A stretch of 63,752 nucleotides of DNA from Rhynchobatus australiae (Eukaryota). Shown here piece by piece: positions 58,569 to 63,752 of this stretch (position 1 is the stretch's first letter; every line of letters begins with the position of its first letter). Location: contig JAUZTB010000082.1 in assembly GCA_034780895.1 (NCBI GenBank), positions 3,165,699 through 3,229,450 of the forward strand. The letters run 5' to 3'. The notes beneath the pieces are model-generated. The model did not search any database and was not told the origin of the DNA. It saw nothing but the letters and a program-made list of their open reading frames with translations. The translations under genes and the position numbers were made by a program.

Positions 58569-60599
58569 TTTTAAGCTGTGCAGTGATCCTATACCACTTG
58601 TGGATGGCCTTACTCACCTGCTTCCCCGCCCCAAAATTCTATTATCCATCCCCTTCCCGTGAGAAAGGCCATGTACTACTGACCCCGCACAAAGACCCTC
58701 CCTCTGCCAGCCCCACCATTGTGGGTTGGGGAGCAGATGCGTGATCGTGATGCACAGGAACCACTTGAGCACAAGGAAGGTCAGGCCAGGACTCAGGGCA
58801 AGGTCAACACCTGGGTGGGGAGGAGAGGAGATTAGTAGTCAGAAACATGTTCAGGCAACAGAGGTGGGGGGGGCGGCGCAGGGGAGGGAGAAGAGGGAAT
58901 GCACACAGAGCTGCGACCTAGGTGAAGAGTTGGAGAGGGTGTAGAAGAATCAAGCAACATTCGGAACAAGGGGGCTGTGGGACAAACAAGAAAAATTCTT
59001 AAGCAGCACCTACACAATGCAGGATGGCATACCATGCCAAACTGGTCCCCTTTAGGCAATACCTCAGATAAGGCATGCCTGTGTGTGGGCTCCCAGTACC
59101 AACCAAGGTTCAGGATCAGCAAGTGAAGTTTATGCATGCAATGTCAGAGTGTGCATGGAACATCATTCAATGGCCAGAGTGATACCAGTTGGGTTCTGCA
59201 AGTAGGTCATAGGCATGGAGACCTTGGAATAAATTTTGAGAGCTACACAACCTGGGCCAGGCTACTGAACACGATCGAGTTTTAGATTAAATTCCTTTGC
59301 GCAACACAAAAGGATTGCGAGCCCAATGTGTCCTTGCGTGCACACTCAGTGTGCATTCAAACATGCAGTGTTGTTTTTCCAGAAACTATACGCACACAGT
59401 GCGCATTGGCACTGTGCTGCTGATGGGTTTCTGGAGCACAGTGTCCACTGCAGGGGAACCCATTAACACCTCAGCTTTGAGGAGCAACATTGAAATACAC
59501 ACAGGCATGAAATCATTAACATTGATAGACTGAAGGCCTTTGAAAGATTGAGTAGCAGCAAGTGTTTGCAGCAGGGGAAGGCCTTGGTGAGAGCAGGGTG
59601 GTGGTGGTGGTGGAGTGGTTGTCAGTCTCAGAGATTTAACTGCAAATTCCACCTCTCAGGGGTGTTGGGGCTGCCGAATGTGACTGAGATCCTCACACCT
59701 CACTGCGAACCGTGTACATTCAAATATCAATAGTGGCTTTGTATGTGGGTTGGTGTAGTGTTTATGTCACTGCTGGAGACAATACTGAATTCAGCTCAGC
59801 GACTGTTCAGAAGCTAAAAAAAATACTGCTAATGCACAAGTGAGTTTAACAAATTAGCTGATTGATGCTTTAGAGCAAGTTTTGCAGCACCCTTAACAAG
59901 CCAAGGTCAAAACATCAGCTACCTAGGGACAAGGTGAACATAACCTTCTATGTACCCGCTGACTACCTGGGGTCTACCCAAGTGCCAGCAGCCTGTCACT
60001 CAACAACATCTGTAATTACTCTGCTGTGGCAAGGGCTGTGTGGCATTAGAACGAAAAAAATTGGATCTTTTTTTCCAAAATAAATTGTGAAATAGGGCAC
60101 AGGGGATTCACACCCTTCACACATAACATGAGTAGTGCTTTTGTAAAGCTGCAGCCAAGTCCATCTGAGCAGGGCTTCATTCCATGAAGATTGTGACTCA
60201 CATAACTTCAGCTCGCTGTCAAACCTGAGAAATTACAATCCTCCTCCTGCAGAGTACAGAGCCTCAATGTTAGAAGTGTTTAGGCAATTAAAAAATAAAT
60301 AAATACTCTTTCTAAAGAAAATAAAGTACTTACAGTAGCTGTGTATAAGGCTTATGTGAGCTCTCTCGGTAGGTGTGACAGGCTTTATTGATGGCGTGCT
60401 CTGCCTTTTCAAAAGAGTTCTGAATTTCTGAGATACACTGGGGCAGTGCACTGCATTTCTACCGTAAATATGGTGTATACAAGGCAAGATTTGGATTAGC
60501 TTTTGATGTACATTTGAGGAACCAGGGTCTGGCTTCAATGGTCACTGTGCAAACTGCAGCAGATCAAGGCCATCACTTGCTATGTGGTGGGGGGAGGGG

Positions 60600-61040
60600 G
60601 GGGTCGTGCTGCACTGTCAGAGGCACCTTCCATCAGAAGAGACATTAAACACTCCCTCAGACAGATCTGAGGGAGGGAGGGAAGATCTCTGATACCCTGG
60701 TCAATATTCACCCCAGGCAACATCTCAAACAGATGATAAAAATCATGGCATCGTAGAACAGGCCCTTCAACAGCATGAACATGGGCCAAAGGGTCTGTTT
60801 CTGAGCTGGATGATTGTACAAGTCTAGGCCAACCATCAAGCACCCATTTTACACTAACTCTACACTGATCCCATTTCGTTCCCCCCACCCCACGCATTCT
60901 ACCATTCACCTACACAGCAGAGGAATTTAGTGGCAATTAACCTACCACATCTTTGGGATGTGGAAGGAAACTGGAGCACTGGGAGGATACCCATGTGGTC
61001 ACAGGGAGAACATGAAAACTCCACACAGACAGCACTAATG
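60600..61040. mobile_element. Deu-SINE fragment (plus, 60600-60750) followed by a V-SINE (minus, 60755-61040)
   Basis: gtgctgcactgtcagaggcacc...; ctttgggatgtggaaggaaactggagcac. Confidence 0.65.
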
Positions 61041-61509
61041 GCCAGCACTGAAGCTGACCCACACCCTCCACGCCATTAGAATTTTGTCCACCTCCATCAG
61101 GTGCCCCCTCTGCTTCAAGGGAAAACCTTAGCCCATCCACCCTCCTTGCAATGCCACATCTGCCCCCTACCCTGATCTGTGCCTCTGTGGCATATTCAGG
61201 ACTCTGCACAGGATTGCCACTTTCAAGATGACATCTAGCACAAGAGCACCAGTCCAGGAACACGGGGGAGCACTTAAAAGGGTCGCAGCAGCATAAAGAT
61301 GGCTGGTGGGTCCCACTGAAGCTCAGGGCTAAAGGCTGGGAAGGAGATGTCTCCTACAAGACACTGTCACCCCACAGGGGGATGTGCAGTGCCATCACTG
61401 CTTCACGAGGTGTAGTCCCAGCTGGACTATGATGTGGTGGAAATCCAGCAAACAAGAGGGAGGGCAGTAACAGGCACACACGGTGGGACCAGATCCTCAG
61501 ATAGGATCA

Positions 61510-61870
61510 CAAGGGGCAGCAGTGACACAGCTGATAGAGCCGCTATCTAGCACCAGCGGAGACCCAGCTTCAATCCTGATCTTGGGTGCTGTCTGCGCGG
61601 AGTTTGCACACTCCGCCTGCAACCACACGAGTTTTCCCTGGGTGCTCCAGTTTCCTCCCACATGCCAAAGGCGTGTGGGCTGGTGGGTTATTTGGCTGCT
61701 TTAGGTACCCAGAGTATAGGCGAGTGGTAGGATCTGGGGAGGGTGGGGTTGAGGGGAATGTGGGGAGAATAAAAGTGGCGAGATTAATGCAGGATTGGCA
61801 CAAGTGGGAGGGTGATGCTCAGCATGGACTCTGTGGGCTGAAGGGCCTGTTTCATGACCATCTCTCCGAC
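61510..61870 (+). mobile_element. Full-length older V-SINE with CR1-like tail
   Basis: ggggcagcagtgacacagctgatagagc...ttcaatcctgatc...gggtgctccagtttcctcccaca...gggctgaagggcctgtttc. Confidence 0.8.
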
Positions 61871-63139
61871 TCTAAACTGCTTTTAAAATGAACCCACTGA
61901 ACCATCACAAACCTGTAGTTTTAAATCATGTACAACAGCACACTGTCACAAACAATTATAATAGAAGTGTAGGCTCCAGTTCTTGGGCACTGCAAGTATG
62001 ATATGAAATTTAAAACAATGCATTCTTCAAACGAATTTTGTACTTCATTGTAATTTAGTTGGACAGATCCCATTTGCTCTCAGAACAAGCAGCTTTTACT
62101 AATCCCATTTCTCCACAAACAATGGCACCAGAAGGACCAACGTCCAAACTCCGTTCCCAGGGAGATCTCGGAACTCCTGACCTTGGGTATTACCTTGCCT
62201 GTGGTTGGATCACTTCGCCCATAGATACAATCATGGCCGCTCTCAGTCTGAGCCACAGGACCACTCCCGATTGCTGGCACGTTTCAGTTGGCTGCTGCAT
62301 TAGGGAGGCCACTCATACCCCATACTCGGGGGGGAGGGGGGGGGGGAAGACTTCATCTACTTTCCTTTCAGGCTACAGGAGCAGGAACAGGCCCTGAAGG
62401 TTGGTCAGAGCAGATAGTCAGAGAATGCACTCACGTTTTCAGGCAACCTCCTGCCTCACCCACCTGCCTGTGGCCCTGGAGAGCTTCCATCCACAGAGAA
62501 CCTGCAATGTCCTGGCCTTTCCAACCCCTGGAGATACTCATGCATCCCCTCCCATTGTTGCAGTGCCATTCAGCAGAAACCCTCCCACGGAGCTGGAAGA
62601 GTGCTACTTGTTTTTCCAGACCAGAAAGGATGAAAACAGCACTGTTGATTTCTTGGCTGAGCACCACTGCTGCCATCATTTGTTTCCAGTGCAAAACTCA
62701 AAGGGCCAGAGAGAAGGAAAATCCCTCTAGAAAGTGAGGGAAACTTCCCAACCAGGGCAGCCAGAAATGTGCATGTTTTCAGTTGGACAGTAGAGTTTTA
62801 TTGGAATTGTGCAAGTAAATATCAAGCCTACAGACTGTGGATGGATGGCTGTGTTCTTTCCCCATGTGTCATTGATTCAGTTGGGTTTTTATGATGGTCC
62901 AGTGGCATTGTCTTGGTAACTACTGATACTGTTACCAAATTTATTCAGTTCACAGGGTTTAAATTCCCCAGTTGCCACAGCGAGATTGGAATGATTTAGG
63001 ATCAGTAGTCCAGCTCTCTCATTTCCCAGTCAACAAACAGGAGGCCACTCAGCCCCACAAACCTAACCCACCAGCTAACACAATAGCTGATCTGCCCTAG
63101 GCATCACCACCTTTTCTGTGCCACTACCCCACAGCCCTC

Positions 63140-63350
63140 AGTGACAGAGTTATACAGCACTGACTGTTTGGCCCAACTCATCCATGCTGACCAAGTTGCC
63201 TAACTGAGCTAGTCCCATCTTTCTCCAAACATTTCCATGTAGCTGTCCTAATGTCTTAGGAATGTCATAGTGGTACCTGCCTCTCCCACTTCCTCTGGCA
63301 GCTTGTTCTATACACCCACCACCCTCCGGGAAAACTTGCCCCTTTTAAAT
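63140..63350 (-). mobile_element. CR1 3' fragment
   Basis: gtacctgcctctcccacttcctctggcagcttgttctatacacccacc, the reverse of VVGxxNKLPEEVGEAG. Confidence 0.7.
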
Positions 63351-63752
63351 TCCCTAATCTTTCAAAATGATACACTTGCTCCACCACCAACCTGTAAACA
63401 ACTACAATCTTGGACAAACTGAAGTGCAGCAACACGTGAAGGAGGAATTAGCTGCACTGCACCTGCTCAGCTTGCAGGAGGGGGATCATCCAATGTATAG
63501 TCATGTGCACAAGTATGGTGGGGTACAGGTACAATGAAAAACTTGCTTGCAGCAGCATCACAGGCACAGAGGTACAGACACAGAACACAAGTGTTACAAG
63601 ACAGTGAAAACTGCAAAACAAGGCATCAGTGCAAATAAAAACAGACATCCACGGCAGTGCAAGAGGAGGTCCGCAGTCTTTCATTGTTGAGGTAGGAAGT
63701 GGACCTGATCAACAGGGTAAAGGGGCAATTCCGTGGGTACATTTAATCTCAC

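Noticed and set aside
58611-58720. Strong minus-strand donor CAG|gtgagta
   Set aside because: The phase-0 frame has a TAG a few codons upstream, so it cannot be coding exon 1.

Overview
This is eukaryotic, CpG-depleted, repeat-rich vertebrate DNA. The SINE/LINE families (V-domain SINEs, Deu-domain SINEs, CR1, Rex1/Babar, RTE, Penelope-like elements) point to a cartilaginous fish, probably a ray or relative (inference). About 15 N-gaps suggest a draft short/linked-read assembly. The one protein-coding gene is a minus-strand SMOC-family gene (SPARC-related modular calcium-binding protein), closest to SMOC1 but clearly diverged. I reconstructed it by hand from GT-AG boundaries and phase continuity: Kazal/follistatin exon (43869-44040), thyroglobulin-1 repeat 1 (37954-38066, 33834-33933), a linker of symmetric phase-1 exons (31848-31898, 29456-29506, 27998-28066, plus candidate extras at 31326-31349 and 28813-28890), thyroglobulin-1 repeat 2 (27380-27572, 26003-26085) and the EF-hand/EC domain (24872-24968, 23198-23445). 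The last exon is ambiguous. The signal-peptide exon 1 was not found and probably lies beyond the right edge. Positions 1-21,000 contain no recognisable gene, only retroelement debris and a few enhancer-like segments. Best leads: a possible third vertebrate SMOC paralog with extra linker cassette/micro-exons; alternative C-termini; a CpG-rich RUNX/EBF/TEAD element in intron 1; and Penelope terminal repeats with decayed hammerhead-ribozyme motifs. I see no CRISPR or prokaryotic-type system and cannot claim a wholly new biological system. All family assignments are from recalled motifs, not database searches; repeat coordinates are approximate.
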